From positions 62,001 through 126,000 of IMG/VR virus record IMGVR_UViG_3300035703_000006: a stretch of DNA of 64,000 bases. The stretch is one strand, 5' to 3'. Both the position numbers and the translations under genes were made by a program. Position 1 is the stretch's first letter. The number at the start of each line of letters is the position of its first letter. Below the pieces are notes generated by a model. That model was not told the origin of the DNA. It saw only the letters and a program-made list of their open reading frames with translations, and did no database searches. Below are positions 49,563-58,164 of the stretch, one piece after another.

Positions 49563-50179
49563 ATTTAGTATTAGTGACATCATGCGTACATCAATATTCA
49601 GGATATTCTTTTTACGATTCGGAAACAAGAATTAAACAGTTGATAGAATTGACAATTGATTCAGTTAGAAAAAAAATTCCAAATTCTTATATTGTCATTT
49701 TAGAAGGAAGTGAGGTTTCTCCAGAAGAGATTAAAATTTTAAAAAATAATTCTGATCAATTATTTTTACACAATGTGAAGGGGCTTGATAAAAGTTCTGG
49801 AGAAGTATCTTTAATTTTTAATTTCTTAAATTCTTTAGATTTTAAAAAAATTTATAAAAAAATTGATAATTTGATCAAAATATCTGGCAGATATTATCTA
49901 CTTGAAAATTATAATTTTGATATGTATGCCGGTTGTGTTATAAAAAATAATAAAAAAGAGTGGTCAAATGAATATGCGTCAGAGACTAGATACTATAAAG
50001 TAAGTAAAAATAAAATAGATGATTACATTAATAATTTACATAATTTAATTGTTAATGGAATGCACCGAGATATTGAGCATAGTTTTTATTTTTATAATGT
50101 TGTTACTCCAACAAATACAATTGATAAAATAGGTATTGGTGGACTTTGTGGGGTTGATGGAGTTTATGTTGAGGATTAA
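49559..50179 (+). CDS. Hypothetical glycan-island protein
   Basis: LVTS...R..Q...TIDSVR...KISGRY pattern. Confidence 0.6.
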   Translation: MNLVLVTSCVHQYSGYSFYDSETRIKQLIELTIDSVRKKIPNSYIVILEGSEVSPEEIKILKNNSDQLFLHNVKGLDKSSGEVSLIFNFLNSLDFKKIYKKIDNLIKISGRYYLLENYNFDMYAGCVIKNNKKEWSNEYASETRYYKVSKNKIDDYINNLHNLIVNGMHRDIEHSFYFYNVVTPTNTIDKIGIGGLCGVDGVYVED

Positions 50180-50182
50180 TTT

Positions 50183-50713
50183 ATGAAAGTTGGTAAAGGT
50201 ACGTATGGACATGAAAATATTTCAATTAACAAAAGTCCAGAAACAAATTATGATTTATATATTGGTAATTTTTGTTCCATTGGTACTAATTTGAGTGTTT
50301 ATCTTGGGGGTCATCATAATTATAAATGGATGACTACATATCCATTTGGATTAAAATATGATCATTTAAAATCTGTAAATGGTGTAGGTTGTGTTTATCA
50401 TAATGGTGATGTTATAATTGAAAATGATGTTTGGATTGGGATTAATTGTACTGTAATGTCGGGAGTAACAATATCAAATGGTGCAGTTGTTGCTGCAAAT
50501 TCTCATGTAGTAAAGGATGTTGAACCATATTCTATTGTTGGTGGAAATCCAGCAAAACATATTAAATATAGATTTAATAAAAATATTATCAATAAATTGT
50601 TAGAAATAAAGTGGTGGAATCTTGATGATGAGAATTTAAATAAACTTTTGCCAATACTTTGTTCTGACAATTATGACGAACTTTTAAAAATAGATTCAAA
50701 TTATTTGATATAA
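50183..50713 (+). CDS. Hexapeptide-repeat O-acetyltransferase (Vat/CatB-like)
   Basis: IGNFCSIG, IENDVWIG, GAVVAANS.V.KDV.PYSIVGGNPA and WW motifs. Confidence 0.88.
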   Translation: MKVGKGTYGHENISINKSPETNYDLYIGNFCSIGTNLSVYLGGHHNYKWMTTYPFGLKYDHLKSVNGVGCVYHNGDVIIENDVWIGINCTVMSGVTISNGAVVAANSHVVKDVEPYSIVGGNPAKHIKYRFNKNIINKLLEIKWWNLDDENLNKLLPILCSDNYDELLKIDSNYLI

Positions 50714-50724
50714 AGGAGATTAAA

Positions 50725-51261
50725 ATGATTGATGAAAAATGCTCTGGTTATGGTATAGTCGATTTAGTTAAAAAACTAAATCAACAAAATATAATTGGAC
50801 TTGAAATAGGATGTGCTGAAGGAAATACAACAAAACATCTATTGTCAAATATTTCAAATTTAAAGTTATATGGAATTGATCCGTATACTGAATATATTGA
50901 TTGGAATGGTTATGATTTAAATAGTGATCATATGGATAGAACTACTAAAAAATTTGAAGAAAATATTAAAGATTACAAAAATAGACACCATCTATATAAA
51001 AATTTTTCCGATGATGTAGTTGACAAATTTGAAAATAATAGTTTGGACTTTATTTTTATTGATGGTCTTCATACTTATGAACAAGTATTAAAAGATTGTA
51101 GAAATTATTATTCTAAAGTTAAAAGTGGGGGAATATTCTCTGGACATGATTATACTGCAATTGAAGCAGTTAATAGAGCAGTAGTTGAATTTGCTACTGA
51201 GGTTGAAATTCCAGAAATTTTTGATGTAGAAGTTGATGTTTGGTATTGGATTAAACCGTGA
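50725..51261 (+). CDS. Class I SAM methyltransferase (Methyltransf_24-like)
   Basis: LEIG, GIDP, FIFIDGLHTYE and GGIFSGHDY motifs. Confidence 0.85.
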   Translation: MIDEKCSGYGIVDLVKKLNQQNIIGLEIGCAEGNTTKHLLSNISNLKLYGIDPYTEYIDWNGYDLNSDHMDRTTKKFEENIKDYKNRHHLYKNFSDDVVDKFENNSLDFIFIDGLHTYEQVLKDCRNYYSKVKSGGIFSGHDYTAIEAVNRAVVEFATEVEIPEIFDVEVDVWYWIKP

Positions 51262-52205
51262 AAATAGCATTTCATGATAATTGTCTTTCAATAAGAGGAA
51301 CTACTGTTGCAATTTTTGATTACGCATATTGGACTAGAAAATATTTAAATATTGAACCTATTATTGTTTATAATAAGAATCTTTCTACTAATGATTTACA
51401 TGGATTCAATAAATGTTCTTCTGAATTTTCTGTTTTTAATTACGAAAGTTTTGATGAAGTTGACACTATTTTATTAAATCAAAAATGTGATGCTTTTTTT
51501 GCAATAAAAGGAGGAAAGTATGATGGAGTTATATCAAATGAAGTGAAAAATTTTATTTGCGCTGTTTCAAGTAATTGCACAAAAAACGACATTCATGGTA
51601 ATGTTTTTGCTATGGGATCAGATTGGTTGTCCAAAATTACTGGGATACCTTCTGTTCCTCATGTAGTTTACCTTCCTAATCATGATTTTGATATGAGAGA
51701 TGAACTTGGAATACCAAGAGAATCGTTAGTTTTTGGAAGAAACGGTGGATGGGAAACATTTGATATACCTTTTGTGAAACAATCAATCATGGAAGTTTTA
51801 GATAAAAGAAAAGATATATGGTTTCTTTTTCAATACACTGAACCATTTTATTATCATGAAAGAATAATATACCTTGATCCAAATTATGATTTAAATGAAA
51901 AGGTAAAATTTATAAACACTTGTGATGCAATGATACACGCAAGATACATTGGAGAATCATTTGGTTTATCGTGTGCGGAATTTTCTATCAAAAACAAACC
52001 AGTAATAACTTGGTATAATTCTCCAGAAAGAAATCATATAGATACTTTAGGAGAAAAGGGAATTTATTACAAAGATAAAGCAGATATTGATCATATACTT
52101 TACAATATTGATAAATTTGAAATAAATCAATTGGAATGGAATTGCTATCAAAATTATTCTCCAGAAAAAGTAGTTCAAAAATTTAAAGAAGTTTATTTAG
52201 ATTGA
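51258..52205 (+). CDS. GT-B (GT4-like) glycosyltransferase
   Basis: RGTTVAIFDYA and CDAMIHAR..GESFGLSCAEF...KPVI motifs. Confidence 0.78.
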   Translation: MKIAFHDNCLSIRGTTVAIFDYAYWTRKYLNIEPIIVYNKNLSTNDLHGFNKCSSEFSVFNYESFDEVDTILLNQKCDAFFAIKGGKYDGVISNEVKNFICAVSSNCTKNDIHGNVFAMGSDWLSKITGIPSVPHVVYLPNHDFDMRDELGIPRESLVFGRNGGWETFDIPFVKQSIMEVLDKRKDIWFLFQYTEPFYYHERIIYLDPNYDLNEKVKFINTCDAMIHARYIGESFGLSCAEFSIKNKPVITWYNSPERNHIDTLGEKGIYYKDKADIDHILYNIDKFEINQLEWNCYQNYSPEKVVQKFKEVYLD

Positions 52206-52206
52206 T

Positions 52207-53100
52207 ATGAAATCATTAGTAACTGGTGGTGCCGGATTTATTGGATCGCACATTGTAGATAAATTATTAGAATTAGGTCATGAAGTCATTGTGGTTGACA
52301 ATGAATTTTCTGACGTTCATGAACAATTCTATTGGAATCAAAAAGCAAAAAATTATAAATATGATATTCGTGATTATGAAAATACAAGACCTCTTTATGA
52401 GGGGGTTGATTATGTTTTCCATACTGCAGCAGAAGCAAGGATACAACCAGCAATTTTGAATCCTATTGAAGCAGTTAGCATTAATTGTGTTGGCACTGCT
52501 ACGGTTCTTCAATGTGCTCGTGAAGCGGGAGTTAAAAAAGTTATGTATTCATCAACTTCTTCTGGATATGGATTAAACGAACCACCTAATCATGAGAATC
52601 AACCAGACGATTGCTTAAACCCTTATTCTGTATCTAAAGTTGCAGGGGAAAAACTTTGTAAAATGTATACAAAGTTGTTTGGATTAAAAACAGTAGTTTT
52701 TAGGTACTTTAATGTTTATGGTGAAAGACAGCCACTTAGAGGTCAATATGCTCCAGTAGTCGGTATTTTTCTTCGTCAACGTGCCTCTGATGAACCTCTA
52801 ACCATTGTTGGTGATGGTGAACAAAGAAGAGATTTCACTCACGTATCTGATATTGTTCAAGCAAATATTCTTGCCGCAACTAAAGATGTTGAAGATAAGT
52901 TCTATGGTGGTACTTATAATGTCGGATGTGGTGTAAATTATTCTATTAATGAAATTGCTGATATTATTTCTGATAATCAAATACATATACCACCTAGAAT
53001 CGGGGAATCTAGAATTACTCTTGCTAATAATGGAAAATTAAGAACTATTTTTGGGTGGAGGTCACAAGTTAATTTAATGGATTGGATTAAAACGCAATGA
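52207..53100 (+). CDS. NAD-dependent nucleotide-sugar epimerase/dehydratase
   Basis: TGGAGFIGSH, SSTSS.YG, YSVSK, RYFNVYG and GDGEQRRDF motifs. Confidence 0.9.
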   Translation: MKSLVTGGAGFIGSHIVDKLLELGHEVIVVDNEFSDVHEQFYWNQKAKNYKYDIRDYENTRPLYEGVDYVFHTAAEARIQPAILNPIEAVSINCVGTATVLQCAREAGVKKVMYSSTSSGYGLNEPPNHENQPDDCLNPYSVSKVAGEKLCKMYTKLFGLKTVVFRYFNVYGERQPLRGQYAPVVGIFLRQRASDEPLTIVGDGEQRRDFTHVSDIVQANILAATKDVEDKFYGGTYNVGCGVNYSINEIADIISDNQIHIPPRIGESRITLANNGKLRTIFGWRSQVNLMDWIKTQ

Positions 53101-53798
53101 ATTTATTAATAGAATATTTCAGATCTGATGATTATCAAAGACATAGTGAATATTTAACTTGCATTCACGAAAATTTAGAAAATCAATATATTAAAAAAAT
53201 ATATGTTTTTATTTCTGATGACTCTAAATTAAATTTTGAATCGGAAAAAATAGAAATAATTAAAAGAGAAGAGAGACCAACATATAAAGATCTTTTTCAA
53301 TTTTGTAATGAAAATTTAAAAGACGAAATTTGTATTATTTCAAATGCAGATATTATTCTTGATGAAACACTCTATCATGTTCAAAATGCAAATTTAGATA
53401 ATGTTTTTGTTGCATTAACTAGATGGGAAGTATTTTGTGAAAATCGTGAATGGTGTATTGCACCATTTAATAATTCATCTTCTCAAGATGTTTGGATGTT
53501 CAAAACACCAATCATTACAAATGATGAAATGAAATTTACTTTAGGGAAACCAGGTTGCGATAATAAAATTGCTAAAATTATGGCAGATATTAATTATGAG
53601 GTTAGAAATCCTGCAAATCAAATTGTAGCATCACATTTTCATATTTCTGGGCATCGAACTTATGATTGGAAAGATGATAGAGTCCCTGGTCCTTATCTTT
53701 GTTTAGTTCCAAATGATGACATAAATCAAAAAACAGAGTATATTGAAATTGATGGATTTGATGCACAAGGAAGAGCATATAGGATAGAAAAACAATGA
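53097..53798 (+). CDS. Hypothetical GT-A-like glycan-island protein
   Basis: ISNADI (DxD-like), ALTRWE, SQDVW and GKPGCDN motifs. Confidence 0.6.
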   Translation: MNLLIEYFRSDDYQRHSEYLTCIHENLENQYIKKIYVFISDDSKLNFESEKIEIIKREERPTYKDLFQFCNENLKDEICIISNADIILDETLYHVQNANLDNVFVALTRWEVFCENREWCIAPFNNSSSQDVWMFKTPIITNDEMKFTLGKPGCDNKIAKIMADINYEVRNPANQIVASHFHISGHRTYDWKDDRVPGPYLCLVPNDDINQKTEYIEIDGFDAQGRAYRIEKQ

Positions 53799-54595
53799 AA
53801 GTAGGAATTATTGGAAATGGATTTGTTGGTAATGCAATTTATCAAAACATAAAAGATAAAATTGAAAACTTGTTTGTATTTGATGTTGATGAAAACAAAA
53901 GTATTAGTTCATATGATGATACAATCAGATCAGATATAGTTTTTGTATGTCTCCCTACACCAATGAAAGATAAAATGGGGGGAGAATGTAATTTGGCTTA
54001 TATTGATAATTTTTTTAATTCTCTTCCAGAAAATCTTGATGGTATTTTTGTTATTAAATCTACTATTCCGATTGGCACAACAAAAAAACTCTCAGATAAA
54101 AGAAAAGACTTAAAAATAATTCATAATCCAGAATTTTTAACTGCACGAAATTCTGTTGAAGATTTTAATAATGCTGATAGAAATATTATTGGTGGAGAGA
54201 AAGAATCATCTAAAAAATTAGAATTTTTTTATTCTCAATATTTTCCGCACATCTCTACTTTTTTAGTTTCTTCTGATGAATCTGAAGCAATAAAATATTT
54301 TTCCAATACATATCTTTCTGTTAAGGTTGCTTATTTTAATTTAATGTATGATCTTTGCGAGAAAATCGGAATCAATTTTGAGAATGTTAGAAATTGTGTT
54401 TCTTTAGATAAACGAATAGGTGAATCTCATACTTTTGTTCCTGGTATAGATGGTGATCGTGGGTTTGGTGGAACTTGTTTTCCTAAAGATTTAAATGCAC
54501 TTAATGATACTTTTAAACAGCATAATTTAAATAAATCTATTTTAGAAGAAATTTGGAAATATAATATGCAAATACGAAATGTTATTGATTGGTGA
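53795..54595 (+). CDS. UDP-glucose/GDP-mannose dehydrogenase family protein (short form)
   Basis: GNGFVG, KST.P.GT, NPEFL, K...N, and GFGGTCFPKD catalytic motif. Confidence 0.85.
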   Translation: MKVGIIGNGFVGNAIYQNIKDKIENLFVFDVDENKSISSYDDTIRSDIVFVCLPTPMKDKMGGECNLAYIDNFFNSLPENLDGIFVIKSTIPIGTTKKLSDKRKDLKIIHNPEFLTARNSVEDFNNADRNIIGGEKESSKKLEFFYSQYFPHISTFLVSSDESEAIKYFSNTYLSVKVAYFNLMYDLCEKIGINFENVRNCVSLDKRIGESHTFVPGIDGDRGFGGTCFPKDLNALNDTFKQHNLNKSILEEIWKYNMQIRNVIDW

Positions 54596-54619
54596 CATAA
54601 TAAGCATAAATACTTACTT

Positions 54620-54656
54620 GGGGTGCTTGACACCCCTTTCTTTTTGCTATATAGTT
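54620..54656 (+). promoter_or_regulatory. Hairpin GGGGTG/CACCCC overlapping TTGACA, with a -10-like TATAGT
   Basis: TTGACA at 54627-54632; TATAGT at 54651-54656; T run after the stem. Confidence 0.65.
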
Positions 54657-54681
54657 TTGTTGTAAATCTTTACAAAAGATA

Positions 54682-54891
54682 ATGTCTGTAACAAAAAATG
54701 AATTTGGGCAAATGAATATGTGGGCAAAGGAACCTGCAATGTATATGACGAAAGAAGATCTCGAACGTTATGGTATTGAACCCTATGCTGAAAAAGCGGA
54801 GAAAATGAATGGACGTTGGGCAATGCTCGGTTTTATTGCTGCTATTGTTTCTTATGCTAGCACTGGGAAACTCTTTTTCGGAGTCTTCTGA
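54682..54891 (+). CDS. hli: High-light-inducible protein
   Basis: AEKMNGRWAMLGF chlorophyll-binding motif. Confidence 0.93.
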   Translation: MSVTKNEFGQMNMWAKEPAMYMTKEDLERYGIEPYAEKAEKMNGRWAMLGFIAAIVSYASTGKLFFGVF

Positions 54892-54977
54892 TGACTGAAA
54901 CAATCTTCACAATCACTGGGGTTGCGTTCCTAGTGCTTCTGTGCTATTCTGTTGAGAAAGTTTGCGAAACTTACTGA
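54891..54977 (+). CDS. Small membrane peptide (28 aa)
   Basis: MTETIFTITGVAFLVLLCYSVEKVCETY; coupled to hli. Confidence 0.5.
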   Translation: MTETIFTITGVAFLVLLCYSVEKVCETY

Positions 54978-54983
54978 AACTTT

Positions 54984-55274
54984 ATGACTTTCAACGTTAC
55001 TCTCCGTTCCGCTGATGGAACCGAAACCACTATTCAATGCCCCGAAGATCAATACATTCTTGAAGCTGCTGAGGAAGCAGGTGTTGACCTTCCTTATTCT
55101 TGTAAGGCAGGTGCTTGTTCTTCCTGCGCTGGTAAAGTAATCTCTGGTGAGATTGATAACGAAGAACAATCTTTCCTAGATGACGATCAGATGGCAGAAG
55201 GATTTGCTCTTCTTTGTGTAGCATATCCAAAATCTGATTGTGTGATCCTCACCGAACAGGAAGAAAATCTGTGA
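54984..55274 (+). CDS. petF: Plant-type [2Fe-2S] ferredoxin
   Basis: [15 protein letters not shown]...LLCVAYP.SD. Confidence 0.97.
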   Translation: MTFNVTLRSADGTETTIQCPEDQYILEAAEEAGVDLPYSCKAGACSSCAGKVISGEIDNEEQSFLDDDQMAEGFALLCVAYPKSDCVILTEQEENL

Positions 55275-55435
55275 GTGCTGGAATGCTTGGGCAACTGAGT
55301 CTTGCCCTTCAAGAACTTGTAGAATCTGGTGTCTGGTCTAATGATGACGAACTCAAAGTTTGTGTAGCAGGCACTCTACCTAAAGACAAATTTATTGTAA
55401 TTCAAAACACTACTAAAAGGGAGAAAATCAAATGA
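55271..55435 (+). CDS. Hypothetical protein
   Basis: GTG start; [13 protein letters not shown]; coupled on both sides. Confidence 0.5.
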   Translation: MSAGMLGQLSLALQELVESGVWSNDDELKVCVAGTLPKDKFIVIQNTTKREKIK

Positions 55436-55551
55436 AATTTGGATGGACTGAACAAAACGAACGACTGAATGGACGACTTGCAATGGTGGGATTTGTAATT
55501 GCCGTTGGGACATATCTCACCACTGGGCAAGTAATTCCAGGTGTATTTTGA
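55432..55551 (+). CDS. hli: High-light-inducible protein (39 aa; not in track)
   Basis: ERLNGRLAMVGF...TTGQVIPGVF. Confidence 0.9.
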   Translation: MKFGWTEQNERLNGRLAMVGFVIAVGTYLTTGQVIPGVF

Positions 55552-55562
55552 TGGAGGTCAAG

Positions 55563-56093
55563 ATGCGTAAGGAAGATTATCAAATTCCTCATGAAGTTGA
55601 ATTTGTATTTCGTGAAAATGGTGAGTTTGTAAATAGAACTGCTGCTGAACTTTTCGATGGGAAGCGTGTGGTCTTGTTTAGCTTGCCTGGTGCTTTCACT
55701 CCTACTTGCAGTGCCTATCAGTTACCTGGATTCGAAGAGAAATATGACGACTTTCGTAGTCTTGGCATCGACGATATTTACTGCATCTCTGTTAATGATG
55801 GGTTTGTGATGAATGCCTGGGGGCAGGATCAGAACATTGAGAAAGTAAAACTCATTCCAGATGGCAATGCATATTTCACACGTTCTATGGGTATGCTCGT
55901 CAATAAGTCTAACCTTGGTTTCGGCAGTCGCTCTTGGCGTTATGCTGCGGTCGTGGATAACGGAATCATCGAAAAACTATTCGTTGAGGAGGGTATGCGT
56001 GACAATGCCGATTCGGATCCGTATGAAGAAACTACGCCAGAGAATGTTCTGAATTATATTCGTTCTTCTGTGTTGGAATTAGAACTAGTTTGA
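55563..56093 (+). CDS. Peroxiredoxin (Prx5/redoxin type)
   Basis: FSLPGAFTPTCS, SVNDGFVM.AW and RSWRYA motifs. Confidence 0.92.
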   Translation: MRKEDYQIPHEVEFVFRENGEFVNRTAAELFDGKRVVLFSLPGAFTPTCSAYQLPGFEEKYDDFRSLGIDDIYCISVNDGFVMNAWGQDQNIEKVKLIPDGNAYFTRSMGMLVNKSNLGFGSRSWRYAAVVDNGIIEKLFVEEGMRDNADSDPYEETTPENVLNYIRSSVLELELV

Positions 56094-56115
56094 AACAATA
56101 AGAAATAATATTAAG

Positions 56116-56147
56116 ACTCTGCTCTAAATATTGAGCAGAGTTTTTTT
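56116..56147 (+). promoter_or_regulatory. Terminator hairpin with late promoter TAAATA in its loop
   Basis: ACTCTGCTC/GAGCAGAGT stem; TAAATA at 56125-56130; T7 follows. Confidence 0.8.
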
Positions 56148-56152
56148 ATGCC

Positions 56153-56317
56153 ATGCCAAGAGGACAATTGACCAAAGATATTGTAAAGTGTGAAATTCTA
56201 AAAATAAAAAATAATTTGGATAAAGAGTGGATGAATAAAAATGGATATGATCCAAAATGGTTAGCACATCAATACCTAAATAAAGTCTTAGATAAAATTG
56301 AAGAGTATAGATATTAA
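56153..56317 (+). CDS. Small conserved cyanophage protein (54 aa)
   Basis: MPRGQLTK...LAHQYLNKVLDKIEEYRY. Confidence 0.6.
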   Translation: MPRGQLTKDIVKCEILKIKNNLDKEWMNKNGYDPKWLAHQYLNKVLDKIEEYRY

Positions 56318-56347
56318 TAAATATTTCAGGCGAGTTTTGGGAAAAAA

Positions 56348-57019
56348 ATGACCTTAGATCTTCATAACTTTTTTAAGTATTATGATGATGGTAATTCAAA
56401 CCATGTGGCAGCAGTTCAGTGGTTGGAAGATAATCTTCCTGCTAACTTCATGGATGACTCTGAGACTGAATGGATTGGAATCTTTAGAACTAAACCACCC
56501 ACACCTGCAGTTCTAGCAGTTCCATATTTTAATCAAGTAGATAACTACAGAGATGCACATAGAACATGCAACTCTTCATCATGTGCCATGTGTCTTGCTT
56601 TCCTTAAGCCAGGAAGCATTAAAGGCGACGATGAGTATGTCAAGAAAGTATTTGCGATTGGCGATACTACAGACCATGCAGTACAGACGAAAGTTCTCGC
56701 AGGTTATGGAGTTAAGTCACACTTTAGCTACAATCTTTCTTTTGCTGATGTTGATAAAAGTCTTGACGCTGGGAAACCTGTCGTTATTGGTATTCTCCAC
56801 AGGGGTTCTCTTTCTGCACCTACTGGTGGGCACATGTGTGTTGTAATTGGTAAAACACCAGATGGTAAGGGATATTATGTAAACGATCCTTATGGTTCTC
56901 TGAACGATAACTATACTGGTCCTGTGACTAATGGTAAGAAGACCATTTACACCAAAGCAGTTCTTAAGCACCGCTGGTGTCCAGGAGGCAACGATGGATG
57001 GGGCAGAATCTTCGATTAA
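56348..57019 (+). CDS. Peptidase C39-like protein
   Basis: VPYFNQ, CNSSSCAM, GH and NDPYG catalytic pattern. Confidence 0.85.
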   Translation: MTLDLHNFFKYYDDGNSNHVAAVQWLEDNLPANFMDDSETEWIGIFRTKPPTPAVLAVPYFNQVDNYRDAHRTCNSSSCAMCLAFLKPGSIKGDDEYVKKVFAIGDTTDHAVQTKVLAGYGVKSHFSYNLSFADVDKSLDAGKPVVIGILHRGSLSAPTGGHMCVVIGKTPDGKGYYVNDPYGSLNDNYTGPVTNGKKTIYTKAVLKHRWCPGGNDGWGRIFD

Positions 57020-57117
57020 TTTTAAAAGAAAAATACTTAAGATCATTAAAGATCTTACGAACAATGGAAAGCATTTAGAAGCAAATCAACTTTATCAAAA
57101 ATATTTTGGAGGCAAAA

Positions 57118-57786
57118 ATGGCAAGAATTGATTTACATAACTTTTTTAAATTTTATGATGAAAAGAATCCCAATCATGTCAAGGCAGTTCAGTGGTTAGA
57201 AGACAATTTACCAGTTAAGTTTCTTGAGGATAATGTAGATTGGGCTGAGATTTATAGAGGAAAAAAGACTAGTGCTGCACCAGCATCTACTCCTGCTGCA
57301 GCATCGGTAGTTGGTGGTGATGATGTACCTCAAATGGGTATTAAATTAGTTAAAGAATTTGAAGGATGCAGATTGAATGCATACCCTGATCCTCTTTCTG
57401 GTGGTCTCCCGATTACAATCGGTTGGGGATCCACCCGAAACAAGAATGGTCAACCATTTAAAATGGGTGATACAATCACTCAAGCGGAAGCAGATGAACT
57501 TTTAATTGAGGAAGCAAAGCATCATTTTCTTCCTGCATTGCGTAAAATCCCACATTGGAGTGAAATGTCAGATGGAAAAAGAGGAGCTCTGCTCAGCTTT
57601 GCTTATAATCTTGGTGCCGGTTTTTACGGTGGTGATAACTTTAATACTATTACTCGGGTCTTGAAGAATAAAGAATGGGACAAAGTTCCAGACGCTTTAT
57701 ACCTCTACAGAAATCCTGGTTCTAACGTAGAAGCAGGACTTGCTCGTAGAAGAAAAGCAGAAGGTGAATCTTGGAAAAAAGGTTAA
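57118..57786 (+). CDS. Lysozyme/endolysin (GH24)
   Basis: KEFEGCRLNAY.D.....TIGWGST, ALLSFAYNLG and GLARRRKAE motifs. Confidence 0.92.
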   Translation: MARIDLHNFFKFYDEKNPNHVKAVQWLEDNLPVKFLEDNVDWAEIYRGKKTSAAPASTPAAASVVGGDDVPQMGIKLVKEFEGCRLNAYPDPLSGGLPITIGWGSTRNKNGQPFKMGDTITQAEADELLIEEAKHHFLPALRKIPHWSEMSDGKRGALLSFAYNLGAGFYGGDNFNTITRVLKNKEWDKVPDALYLYRNPGSNVEAGLARRRKAEGESWKKG

Positions 57787-57804
57787 ACCTCACACTTAAG
57801 GACA

Positions 57805-58164
57805 ATGGCAGAACAACAAAAAAAGGCACAATGTATGAGCACTATCGTTAGAATTACAGTTTTGAGTTGGAGTGCTGCTCTACTCACAGCATCTTATGCT
57901 GGACTATTATCTAAAATGGATCCAACTTTTATTGCTACGGTATTTACTGCCGCAGCAGCAACCTTTGGAGTTGATACTCTGAAGAAAGGAGATGATAAAG
58001 ATGGAGATCAACCAAATAGACAACCTGAGATCACCTCAGTTGAACCAACTCCAGAACCAGAACCTCCAGCAGATATCGCAGTCGCAAGTACCTCAACTGA
58101 GGGTTGCCCAAACTGTGATCCAGGAGATACCCCAGACTATAGTAGATCGTCTAGGGCAGTCTAA
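57805..58164 (+). CDS. Membrane protein (holin candidate) with acidic Pro-rich tail
   Basis: Two hydrophobic segments; directly after the lysozyme gene. Confidence 0.55.
   Translation: MAEQQKKAQCMSTIVRITVLSWSAALLTASYAGLLSKMDPTFIATVFTAAAATFGVDTLKKGDDKDGDQPNRQPEITSVEPTPEPEPPADIAVASTSTEGCPNCDPGDTPDYSRSSRAV

Noticed and set aside
54660-54675. Palindrome TGTAAATCTTTACA upstream of hli as an NtcA or HLR1 site
   Set aside because: The spacing is GTA-N6-TAC, and the arrangement is inverted rather than the direct repeat of HLR1; function unsupported.
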